A DNA stretch of 64,000 nt, taken from NCBI RefSeq assembly GCF_964204645.1, contig NC_134028.1, positions 4,030,001-4,094,000 of the forward strand, in the 5' to 3' direction. The translations under genes were made by a program, and so were the position numbers. The notes below the pieces were generated by a model, which saw nothing but the letters and a program-made list of their open reading frames with translations, searched no databases and had not been told where the DNA came from. Below, one piece after another: positions 52,701 through 64,000 of the stretch. How positions within the stretch are numbered: position 1 is the stretch's first letter; the number at the start of each line of letters is the position of its first letter. The DNA comes from Tubulanus polymorphus (lineage: Eukaryota > Animalia > Nemertea).

Positions 52701-52926
52701 TCCTGTTATTCTTGATGTGATTCGTTAGAATGTCGACGATTTTAACCCTTGTGCGCGATCCAGGTATGCTCCATACACATTGGTAATAGGGATTCTGATA
52801 GTTATAGACAGTGTGGTCGGAACCCTGGACGAGGACCTTGCCGATACAGACATTCGTTTGGTTCGATGTTGCGATGGACAATTCGATCTCAACGATCGCA
52901 AAGATATAGATAAGCAGAATCGACAT
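46763..52926 (-). CDS. GRL101/RXFP-like LDLa-LRR GPCR with extended CUB-like and C-type lectin ectodomain (about 1908 aa)
   Basis: Exons 50872-52926, 49944-50621 and 46763-49756, joined by phase-0 GT-AG introns. Hydrophobic N-terminus; degenerate CUB-like segments (YQCVWSI, LIGPFC, RICG..AFRIRY); CTLD (SWFDAESICKRDGGFLISI..YIGL..WSNG..WARFPC..FFCE); about 7-8 LDLa (e.g. FQCYDGSCV..CDGVIDCPFDEDE); LRRNT plus LRRs; hinge CEPRNDVFSSCNELI; 7TM ending NSAINPILY. Confidence 0.88.
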
Positions 52927-53789
52927 CTGAAATTAATAACAAGGACTCCAAGTGACGGTGTATTTGGGAACATACTGTTCGGTTATATCCCGATATAAAA
53001 ATGTATACACAGCGCGGAATTATTAGAAAAAAAAACAGAAATTAGGAACAGAATTTGTAATACAGAACAAAACGACACTAAGCCGAAGATAATGGCGCCT
53101 ACCTTAGCTTCCGTTAAATCGCACCCGTGATATTTGTGACTAGAAATTTCGACACGTTTTTTATATACACCCAAAAGTCGCCACACCCATCTTGAATCGC
53201 CAAATATGGTAATATTTTGCGATGATCGCTGCTCATGTTCATCAAAACATTTCATAAGAAGCGAATGAAAATTAGACGTGACTGACTCAAAGTTGATCGC
53301 ACATGAATTTATTTCATTGTCACCTGCCTTCATGTTCGTCATGGTTTTTTTTCGCATTAATCTCCATTTATCAAGAATCAAAAATGCATGAATTCTATCA
53401 AGAAATTGCTCAAGAACTTGCTCATTTGCAAGTAGTTGCGTCAAGATGCTTGTCGATCACTTTCCCAAACACTTCCGGTTTCGACTATGGTTCACGGAGG
53501 TTCAACGTGGCCCGTGGAACCATTAATGCCCGACCGACCTCGAACAACAAAACAAAATTCATATGACTAACAGTACAAACAATAATGTTATTAACAGTTA
53601 ACTAGAGCTGGCATCGGGATTGTGGAATGACACCTCAGGGACGGAACGATGCGCTCAGTAAAAGCGTTCAAGCTTTCGGCGCACACACTTGCGCCAATTT
53701 CGATGTTTCATACTTATACATATGGAGGCTTATGCCTTTGTGTGCGAGCACATCCTCGCTTGCCAGGGGCCCAGTATCACTCCCGAACT

Positions 53790-54062
53790 CGCTTCCACCA
53801 GCCCCCTGGCCTCACGAAGTGTGATTTCATTACTGGCGCTGTTGCGCATGACGTCATATATCGATTTGCGAAATACTTCCTTGTTCGGTAAAACGTTCGC
53901 TGATTGGTCCATTTAACGGGAAAACCAACAGAAGTCTACTGTCGGTTTGTTACAAGCGCTGTGATTGGTACGACCGGATTCTGGTCGGCTAGTAACGACT
54001 CCAACGACTCGTGAGGTCAAGGGGTTCGGGGAACAGCTTTAGCGTAGTGGGTTCGAATCCCT
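53790..54062. mobile_element. Inverted-repeat element followed by a tRNA B-box-like fragment
   Basis: CCCCTGGCCTCACGAAGT ... ACTCGTGAGGTCAAGGGG inverted pair, then GGGTTCGAATCCC. Confidence 0.4.
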
Positions 54063-55879
54063 TGACGGGTGAAGATGGTGCGAGCAAGAAATGTTTCAAA
54101 CCCCATGCATGTATATGTATGTTTAAATGCATGTATATGTGTTACAAACACTAGTTCAAAATTAAACAATCGAATTAGAAACGAACGTATGACTAATTAA
54201 GAGCTCTCAAATCGGGGTGGTTATCAAAAAAAACTACGAAATGAAATAGAAAACCAGATACGCTGGGGCTTTTTATTCACGAAGCAAATCAGCATTTTAG
54301 CTAAATGTTATTTCGTTCGTCTATATCTCGAGGGATGAACCCGCGCGCAACCTGGACAATCTCACAGTTACACATTCTTCACGCGTGAACGAGTTCAATC
54401 ATTCATGTGGAAAGATACATTCCCGCTCAGCAATGAAACATGATCTAACATTTATAGAAGGTTCTGATAACTGAACGCTTCCATAAGGTCGTCTCGTATG
54501 ATCATTATAGCAGAATGTGAATGAGGCAACGTTGCAATTTCTTGTTAGCACCAACGGGGTTTTCTATATTAATTATAACTTCGAGTTCACCCACGCAAAT
54601 TTCTATAATAAGACATATTGCACATGTAAATCATTTACACGAACCCAGGGTCATTTGCAGATCCAAGACTCGTCTCACGAGTAAAAAACTCATTTCAGGG
54701 TTGGATCCCCGCCTTTTGTTGAGATCGTCAAGACAGAGATCGTTTAAACCTTGACACTCCCATTCCCTCGGAAATTGTATCCTTTCAGCTTTACATGTAT
54801 TTCTTCAAAGATTTCTAATACTGGGAGGAACTCCCGCTTGCATCCACAGCTTTATCCGAGGGATCGTCTTCCCTTTAATTTGGACACCTGCCTTCAATTT
54901 TCCTAGATCCATCTGCGCATTTTCTAACTAGCACACAGGTAATATGATAACTGGATGTTTTTGATACTGATAACTCGTCCTCATTATTTTCGTAAGAAAC
55001 TTTTTATCTATGCTATATATGGACCATTCCCATTCGTAAGAGAAATCCGTAGGGTTTGTGAGTATGTCACCGTATAACTCCTAATGGATATGAAGACTTG
55101 TTCGATTGATGTAATTCACTCGTTTTATGCCATTAATGAGACGACATAGTATAGGATAAGTGTAATGGGTTTCACAATGTCCACAAAGTGGTCGGTAATC
55201 TGGTAACAAGCGTATACTTCCCTTTTACCTGCAAGTATCTTGCCATCGATCCTAAAAACCACCAAGCCAGTCAAGTGCCTTTATGACCGATTTTTCATCA
55301 GATGGACATTCACTCGTCGAATGTGGAAAATTACTTTGCGGGGTCATGTTTTTCCATGTCATAATCACTTCTAGTCTTGGGTGTGTCAAAGTAATACTGT
55401 CTAAACGTTTGGAGAGTTGGTAATTTTGTATTACTTGCACGACCCCATTGCCGCCCTATCAATCACACCGATTTCGACAACTTAATTGTTTTCTCGTCAC
55501 TTCATGCCTGGTCAAAGACTAATCAAACCGGCTATACTCGTCTGACGTTTTCTAATTTTCTTCGACTAGCAGAATTGAACGCCTCGGTTGTTCAGCATCC
55601 CACCCGTTGGAACCCAGTATGCCTTTATCACTGTCAATACTTTTCAAGCTGTTAATAATGTATAATAATAAATCATTTGCTGCCAAGTTTTATGCACCAT
55701 TTCTTTACTGGATGTAGCGAGGCAATTATTTCCTTAACATTCTTGTTAACGTCTTAAGTTCTACTAAGAATCGAGATTCGGTTTGTACTAGAATCAGTTT
55801 TTGGCCAAGTAATGCTAATACTCGCGATATTTTTCTTAATGCGTGACATCGTCAAAATATGAACGTACATCGTTGGAAC

Positions 55880-56140
55880 AAGCCCACCTTGGACCAACAG
55901 AAAGAATGATATGGTAAACACTCTAGATCTGTCTCTGAATTCACGGTGTCAGTAGTTTTCGAAAATGCAATGAAAACTGCGGCAGACAGGAACTCAGGAT
56001 TCCGGACTAGATTTTCGTATACGGGTGTAGGAATCATAACAGCAGGTGTTTATGACAAGGCTTTAATTAAGTCAGTGTAAGTGGCATGTGATAGACAAGA
56101 TATCCTTTGAATCTTGCTCCTGCTTGTCTCTGATTACTGA
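55880..56140 (-). mobile_element. Possible degenerate non-LTR retrotransposon (LINE) reverse transcriptase relic
   Basis: AAVFIAFSKTTDTVNSETDLECL resembles the LINE RT motif AVFIDFSKAFDTVNRE.L; upstream QAG in another frame; disrupted. Confidence 0.4.
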
Positions 56141-56760
56141 TCACTCGGGAACTATATTAGGCCTCCTAGATGTTGTCTGAATGTCGGAATGAAAAGACAT
56201 GACCCATCTGGTTTCAACTCGGTGTTATGTCTTTGAGAAAGAAAGACCTCACGCGGAATGATTAATTGCGCCAAATAACGGCAGCATACGATTATTTTAT
56301 TGATGTTCCATAAGAGGCAATCAGTGAAGCAGATTACGCGGACGGCTTTGGCCGCGAAATGACATCATTCACAATGGAATCGAGTGGAATGGCGATTACT
56401 TTTTGCGTATTATCCTGTTCCGCTTGTCATAACCGTGAATTATGGTCTTAGAGCTTATTCTTCCGGTGTGTGTGTGTGTAGATACCGATACGTTGTGTAA
56501 TGTTGTTCTTGATTCGAACGAAATCACTACATCTTGTTATTTTCCAGATATAGAAATATATTCCGTTGAAAAATCTCAATTTCGTTGAATATTTGAATCT
56601 ATCTAGGTTCAGTTATATTACGTTGGATGCGTAGTGTTGGTTATAGTTAACTGGTAGACAAATATCATGGTTAAAATGAAATTTCAACTGCGCTATTGCA
56701 TTTATCCATCGGTTATCTGTAACCAACTTTTGAGAAACTGACTCGAAGTGAAACCAACTT

Positions 56761-56913
56761 TGAGAAACTGGCCCCAATGGGGCGGGCGCGGGAAACCCTG
56801 TTAGCCTAACCGTGGTAAGTGGCTTATCCGTGGTTAGGCTAACCACAGTGTACTAACCACGGTTAGCACTAACAGGGTTTTCCTGCGCCTGCACCACTGG
56901 GGCCAGTTTCTCA
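56761..56913. mobile_element. Hairpin MITE
   Basis: TGAGAAACTGGCCCCA..GGAAACCCTGTTAG ... CTAACAGGGTTTTCC..TGGGGCCAGTTTCTCA, with internal CTAACC(G/A)(T/C)GGTTAG-type palindromes. Confidence 0.75.
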
Positions 56914-57175
56914 AGTTTCTCTGTGTCCGGTTAATGTGTAGATTGAACACAAAAGACGCATCACGGAAGATGATAATTTGTGAGCGCTTTCAAAAACTTC
57001 TTCAATTTACCAGACCAACAATACTCTCTTCTCTAATCGAGTTAGACTGACTGATTAATTATACATTCTTCCCTTCACGTGATTGTTTCATTAATCACGA
57101 AGAAAATAGATAGATGTTGGGGTAAAAAGTGTTCGTCGATTTACATGTACAAAGTTGTTACGAAGATTTATTCGT

Positions 57176-57235
57176 TGACGTCACGGCGCCGCGCGCGCAT
57201 AGATTTTTCTTCTCGCGCCGGCCGGAAGTCGATCG
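57176..57235. promoter_or_regulatory. CpG-rich promoter-like motif cluster
   Basis: TGACGTCA (CRE), GCGCGCGCA (NRF1-like) and CCGGAAGT (ETS) within 60 bp. Confidence 0.4.
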
Positions 57236-58503
57236 GCACGATATCCTAAAAAGGAAACTCACATCACGCAACATTGATCGGTCACGCAACGAAAATTCTT
57301 GGTGCTCCGTCGGTGACATGTAATATTGGAAAATGAAGCAATTCTAATCAGTGATGCGTTCACTTTGACAGATGATACCAATCTAATCAATGTCTCATCA
57401 ATATGAGATCTGAATTCTGGTTTTTTTTTCAAGCTACTTGTTTCAGTGAATGTTTTCCTGTCTCTCCTGAATAAATACGATATGATTCCTTGCACTCCTC
57501 TATCGAAATATTTCTTACCTTTGAAATTTGATGATTTTTGTAAATTCGTGTGGGAGGCTACAATTAGTAAACGTTTGTTTCTTGATGAATATGATCCCTG
57601 TTTCTATTTATTTTTGGTTGAGATCATTTTGGGAATGGTCAAACGCCGGTAATTCTGAGGCGGTTCTATTTTGTCAACAAAATCTAAAACTACACTGAAA
57701 GACAAGATTAGAGTCAGCCGCAGTGAGGATACACTTACCAGTCAATACCGCCTACAGGATTTCAACTCGGTACTAACTAATGATAGTGTAAACCTATCCT
57801 ATCGTGTTTCTCAAGATCTGACTAATGTCGGCATTGAATCCAATTTACACTTTAATTGGATTGGATTGTCGTCTATTCTATATTATGAAGAACGTTTAAT
57901 ATCTAACCATGTTCGTATTCTCAACATTAAACTATATATTCTTAGCAGATTTCTAGGACCTTTTATACAGAATATGTTGGGAATGGTTCGTAATTTTATT
58001 ATTACAAGATATTTCACCTATTATTCAAACCTTTTTCCCACCCTTTTCCGAAGGGTTTACCAATAATCGATAGCCTCAAAAATATCGTCACAGCCGAAAA
58101 ACCTACGCTTACAAGCAAATCAGATCTGAGATGATTTAAAAGATGATTATTTAATGAGGAATTTCGCAGGGAAAAAGAGAGATGAATCAATTTTGTGTTG
58201 GATGCGTGGTTGTTTTGACCACTCACGCACACGCGCTGATGTTTCCATTTTTACCTGTTACACTTACGAGGGATTTATCAGTCGATTGTTCGCTGCAACC
58301 CGATTGGATGCTGACTCGCCATGCTATAACAGGCGGACGACAAGATCTAACAGCACAAGGCTGCGTTGGCTTGACACAAACACTTGTCTCCACGTTACGG
58401 CGATGCTTACCGTAACGCTATAAGTACTGTTCGACGTAGATAATGACGTTGTGTTGTTCTCTATTGTAAACTATACGTGGATTATGAATTCTAAGGTAAG
58501 ACG

Positions 58504-58669
<166 letters not shown>

Positions 58670-61600
58670 GACACCCGTATTATCTTATTTGTATATTATG
58701 CAATATTGTCATTAAACCATTCGATGTTATAGAGTCAGATCTAATATAATCTTGTTACGTCCAATTTCTAATGTTTCATTACCGTATCTTAATTTTCACT
58801 CAATTACTTTTTCAATCTGTTTATCTGATTCCATCTGATTAATTGAATAAATATAAGTAAATAAGATTAATTTCCATCGTTAAGTTCATTCCATTGATTT
58901 GATCGATGCTGTACATACAGTAATTTTCAATTTCGATCAATTTCTTACATTCGCTTCGTGAAGACTCTACGATTATTTAGTTTTCAATGATTAGCTAATC
59001 TTAATTTGAAGTCTACACTCAGGTCGTATAGATAAGAAATTCTTGGAAATTCTCTATAAGTATCTATTGCGTTCTAAACACTAACCAGCAAGAATCTCGA
59101 GCCTACGTTTTAGTAATTCCTTTCCCCAAAAGGTATAAACTTCACTTTTCGAGTAATTGCTACTTTACTCAGATTGCAGAGGTTCACGGTGCACGCGGGG
59201 CTTATGCGTATAGGTTTACATTGAAACTCCAAAAGGACGTAGCTGGCGCTTACTAAAAACTCTCCAGTTCTTGCCAGCTAGATAAATCTTTCAATAATTA
59301 ACAACATCGTTCTTCGAGAAGGAAAAGTCTCTCTTGTTCGCGCATTCATTTGCCAGTAGGATGTGAGCGGGTTGTACAATGGATTTGCGAACACAATGGC
59401 ACCGGTTGGCTAGAATAAATAGTTATTAAAGATTCATTTTCTTAAGATACCTTGGATTGGGAGTACATGTTACATCAGGATTTAAGTTGGTGAGTCGACC
59501 TAATTCTTGTTTTTCGATGTGGGATCAATATGCCCCAGTTAGTTGACAATGTATTTTTCTATAATCTCGAAATGCGAGGAAACCAGTAATGCTTACGTCG
59601 TCGTAAAAACTTACGTAGTCGCAAATACATTAAAGTATTACGTCGCTGTAGAAATATTAATTCTTATGTCGGGACGCTATTTCGTTGCAAAAAACATATG
59701 TCGGTGCAGCGCTCGTATTTTTTTTTTCATTTTTCGCGCTCCGTAGTACTGTTATACGTTAGATATTGAAATTCACGGTCGATGATGTCACCATACTTTA
59801 ATAACGTGTAGTCATGAAAATATAAATGGAAAAGTCATTAGTTCATACATATTCATCTCTGATGATGGTTCGCGACTTATTTCCGATTCAGTGAATATGA
59901 AGCTAATTAAGGTATATGAATTCGCACCTAGCGCGACTAATCTTGAACCTTAATTCAACGCGATGATAGAATTTATTGTAGAATTTAGATCGTATCGGGT
60001 AGAGGTATAGACATTATGAATTTGGGAAATATACCCCATTTTCAGGATGCGATAATGATTGACTCTGTTCTACGCGGTGTTGTACTCGTCTCCTTACCTC
60101 AAACCTCGAAGGCTTTTTCTAATTACACGGTTAATCAACGTGTAATTATCGGCGGTTTTTGTCGGATCAAGGCGCAGTAATTGTCATATTGATGTTTCTC
60201 CGCTACACCGTGTTATTAAAGGCTTAACTCTCTCTGCCTCTCTCTATTTTCATCGATTTGTCGAGGATGGAAAAGTGCGAGCTTTGCTCTGCTTTTTCAC
60301 CAGTCGCGATAATTCATTCACTCGCGCGGGATAATCGAAACTAAATCGGAAATTACGAATGTACATTAAATGATATTCGCTCGTTGCTAAAAGCCGAATA
60401 CAAAACGGCAAGAGATCGGTTAGGATCCCCGTCGCTTCGCGGGGACGCTGGAAGTGCAAATTCCAAAAAATGTATTTGCGTGGCGCCAAACGACTACATC
60501 ATGTATGTATAATGCGATGTCTTAGGTAATTTCGATGGTGACAGTCACAAATATGACTCAAAGTATTATTTGCAATTACCTCTACAGAAAGCTAAGTTAT
60601 ATTAGGAATATTGTTAATAAAGCAAGTAAGGTCGTTCGTGAAGAAATATCGATAGTCCGCGACAGAAATAGGATATATTGATTCGGCTAGGATAAAATAG
60701 GGAATCAAACCGAAAAGCTGAGGTGTCAGGAACATAATCGTTTCAAGGTAAATGTTATTCTTGCATAACTTGGTCTATGATAAATATGCTTAGGGGAATT
60801 CCAACTAACCGGGCATATAATGAATATGGTTGTAACCATGGCGATGGTTTTGTGACAAAAATTATTATCGTGAAAACAACATTAGCACCAAAGTGAATAA
60901 CGCATAATATTTGATTTATTCACCTCGTATGATCAGAATTTGAAATTATTCGTGTATACATTTCATCGCTATTTACCGCAAAGCCGTTTTTTGCGGATGC
61001 ATTTTTCTCGGAGTCAGACCTAGACTCATGAATAGGACTGTGGAACTGGTATCAATCAATTACCGTGAACAGACGGTTTTTATCATTCACTGGTTTTTGT
61101 TTCGCTTTGCGGCGTTTTCTGACACTTCTATAACGCGCCGTATCGCAAGTTTTCTCGCGAAGCAATTAAAAACGATTGTTGATAAATTCGTTTTTTTGCC
61201 CACATTTCCCGTTTTGCCTAATGCACACGCGTGCATGGCGGCAACACTTCTGAAAATCTATGAATTTCTATTGGAAAGTAATTTTGCCCGCAGTCGAGTT
61301 AAGCAATTCTGCGACATGTTACGGGAAGATGAAAGCGGTTCCCGATAGGAAGAAACGAACGCAAAATGACAAGCGCAGATGCGGCAGCGTAAATTGCCAA
61401 GCAAAATACATTAGTTCAAAAATACCCGACGGCACTTACTACATCTTCTTCGAGGTAAATAAGCACGAATTTACAATCTGACTGAAGCGAGACTGGGCTC
61501 GATATCGAGTTTAGTTTGAGCTCTCGAGGCTGATGGAAGTCCGAAATAGAATAGTCGTCGTCGTATAATCTTAAACTTGAAACCACTCTCGGGGAGGTCG

Positions 61601-64000
61601 TCCTGTTAGGCATCTGTACAAAATAAGCGCTTCGCAGCGGACCGATGTATAGTAATAGACCCGTATGCGCAATAATCGCCTCTCGTCCAGTACTAATTAA
61701 GATCCCATCTGATATATACGTATGTCAGTAGTCAGTGGATACTAATTACCGGATTGTCTGGCCAAAACGATTAGCTAACTCAGTTAATTATTAACTACGA
61801 CGCAATGTGCAGTATGTATCTATGCTGCATTAAGATTATTACTTGAAATGCTAATGAACTCAACGATTCTCCCTCTGCACCAACATCTCACCCGGTTGTA
61901 GTTACGTGATCACCGTGGTGTCATCCTCAGTATTTGAGGATCTGTGCTCCAATTATACATAAGTGCCCGAGTAGCACCGCGCGAGTGCTTCCCGGGTAGA
62001 ACCAAGTAGTGTACCATTAGTACTAGTAGGTTCGGTTTGGTCACTAACTAGTTCGAAACAAGAGTTCAAATTCGACTCATGTCGTAATGTATTCTATTCT
62101 CAGATAATATGCGAAAGAAGGTGATATGACGATTTGTAACTTCCCGATCGAATTCACCAGTGATAGGCCCGTGTATAATCATTCAGTGTTCCCTACAAAC
62201 GACCTTCAACATATTTCAATTCTGGTACATTTTATACGTAGTCTGAAACCGATTATGCAAAGAATAGATTAGCATTAGCTGTTGATCTTATGTCTAAGCC
62301 CTAAGCCTTGATTGTGCAATTATCGATAATGTTTCTTGACAAAATCAGACAGCAGTAAGATACATCTGTACATACTCGTAGCAGACGACAATGATTATGA
62401 GTCTATTTTTGTGCTAATTAGATTGGTTTTTCGAGTCTGCATAGCTACAGTTCTCAAGAGACAAATATACTCATATAACGAATCGCTCGCGTATATTCTA
62501 ATCCGTAATTATTTCATAGCCGGGGAAAACTGTTGATCTCTTTACATCCAATTATCCATGCGAAGCCGCTAAATCTTGTTGTGCCGCTTTCGCAAATCCA
62601 TTTTGTAATTTCAGCCGGCAATTTTCTCCGATGTATCCCGACTGTACTACTCGATACGACATCTTGTAGTGCTGTATTCGTGAAACCTGATCTCGCCGTG
62701 GCCTGTGCCGCAGTGGACTAAAGTGGCTTGATTGTATTTCTCGACATGCATTCAGGCAGAAGGGCTTAAATAATTTCTGAATCTAGCTACGAGCAAAACA
62801 ATCCGCATTTATACGCGTTTCTCACGTTTGAAGATGCGTATATTCATTAGATATTATGTCACACCATTTCCTGATCTAGTCAAGAATAAATGTGCTAAAT
62901 GTCATAGTTGAAACCTCGTTATAACGAACTGACAACTGATTCAACAATGTGAAGATTTCGACCGAATTGAGAAAATGATATCAATTTCATACTGGGTGTA
63001 TAGAAAACGCCGTCGATTTTTGGTTCCCGTAGAGTTCGGTAGCCGGTATTTTGGTTGGTATACTGTAATATCAGTGATAACGAGGTGTGCAGCAGTACAA
63101 TGTTTATGTCGAAAGCCATTTCACTAAATACAGAGTAAAAGTAAATAGTATAACAGCAGATATTCAATACACTAGGACAACGACCTTCGCAATGGCCTAT
63201 GACATCACGGATTACCATGACAATCCCCGATTAATTGGCATCATTTATATTTATTTTATCTTATCGCCAGGCAATTTCTGAATAAACATCATTAGCGAGG
63301 GTTCCACATAAACCTTGATTAGATGTTTTACATTATATATAGATAGCGATTTTCAGCTGTAATATGCTATGAAATATATTTTTTTTGTTCAAAGTATTTG
63401 AATTATGGTAATTTGATCGAGAAACTTTCGTTTAATTTACTTTCATAATCCTATTGTCATTTTTGATCTACTTCTATTGAAACGAACGCAGATTGCATGC
63501 TCCGTACGCGTTGTTATTCCAGCTAAAACTTTTTGATATCAATTATTTTAATTTCAAAATTCCGCGGTCGCTAAAAGCTTTGTGTTCCATATAGCATCAA
63601 TCATTTCAATGGCTTTATTTTCGATTTATATTGCAGAATCCGAGCGCTTCACCGATACAGCCTTGATCACCGTCTGTCTGATAGAACGCGAGATATGTTT
63701 CATGGTCGCCGCGACCGCTGATACAGTTCCACCCACGCGAAGCACTAGAGGATTTTGTCTCGCTGTACGAATGGTCACTTTTTGATGGCTGAAAGGAAAC
63801 ATCAGAAAGATGCGAATAAGACCGCTCACGACTCGACTGACGAGAAGCGCATACGCGTGTTGTTTATGCGTGATAGTAATCTACGGGATTTTGTGGGGAG
63901 TTCTACCCTGGGATAATCATCGCTTAACGGATAATACCGCGGACAATATGAAGGTGATTAATCTTCACGAGACGGTTAGATTCCGGGCTTTAAGAAGCAG

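Noticed and set aside
54030-54070. tRNA gene (GGTTCGAATCCC); similar B-box on the - strand at about 18560-18578
   Set aside because: No cloverleaf or anticodon arm can be built; at most SINE-like fragments.
57671-58423. Cluster of 70-130 aa ORFs before the (TA)n tract
   Set aside because: No recognisable motif, splice structure or consistent frame; likely chance ORFs or an unrecognisable repeat relic.

Overview
Eukaryotic, intron-rich, AT-rich genomic DNA from an animal, most likely a marine invertebrate (lophotrochozoan-like gene and repeat content; species cannot be determined from sequence alone). Exons were assembled by hand from GT-AG sites and reading frame. From left to right: the 5' end of USP7 (-), HAPSTR1/C16orf72 (-), USH1G/SANS (-), a GH29 alpha-L-fucosidase (+), TECPR1 (-), an orphan 77-aa ORF (-), a head-to-head inverted pair of secreted 400-aa proteins, a tachykinin-receptor-like GPCR (+), and a ~1900-aa CUB-like/C-type lectin/LDLa/LRR GPCR of the GRL101 type (-). 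The last ~10 kb are gene-poor, with MITEs, a possible LINE relic and a long (TA)n. Two things stand out. (1) The inverted pair fuses a dermatopontin/amebocyte-aggregation-factor domain to a putative aerolysin/ETX-MTX2-like pore-forming domain; the copies are identical in the N-terminal domain but differ sharply in the predicted membrane-inserting region. (2) The fucosidase has two alternative first exons and a pair of mutually exclusive internal exons, both covering active-site segments, so one gene could make up to four enzymes.
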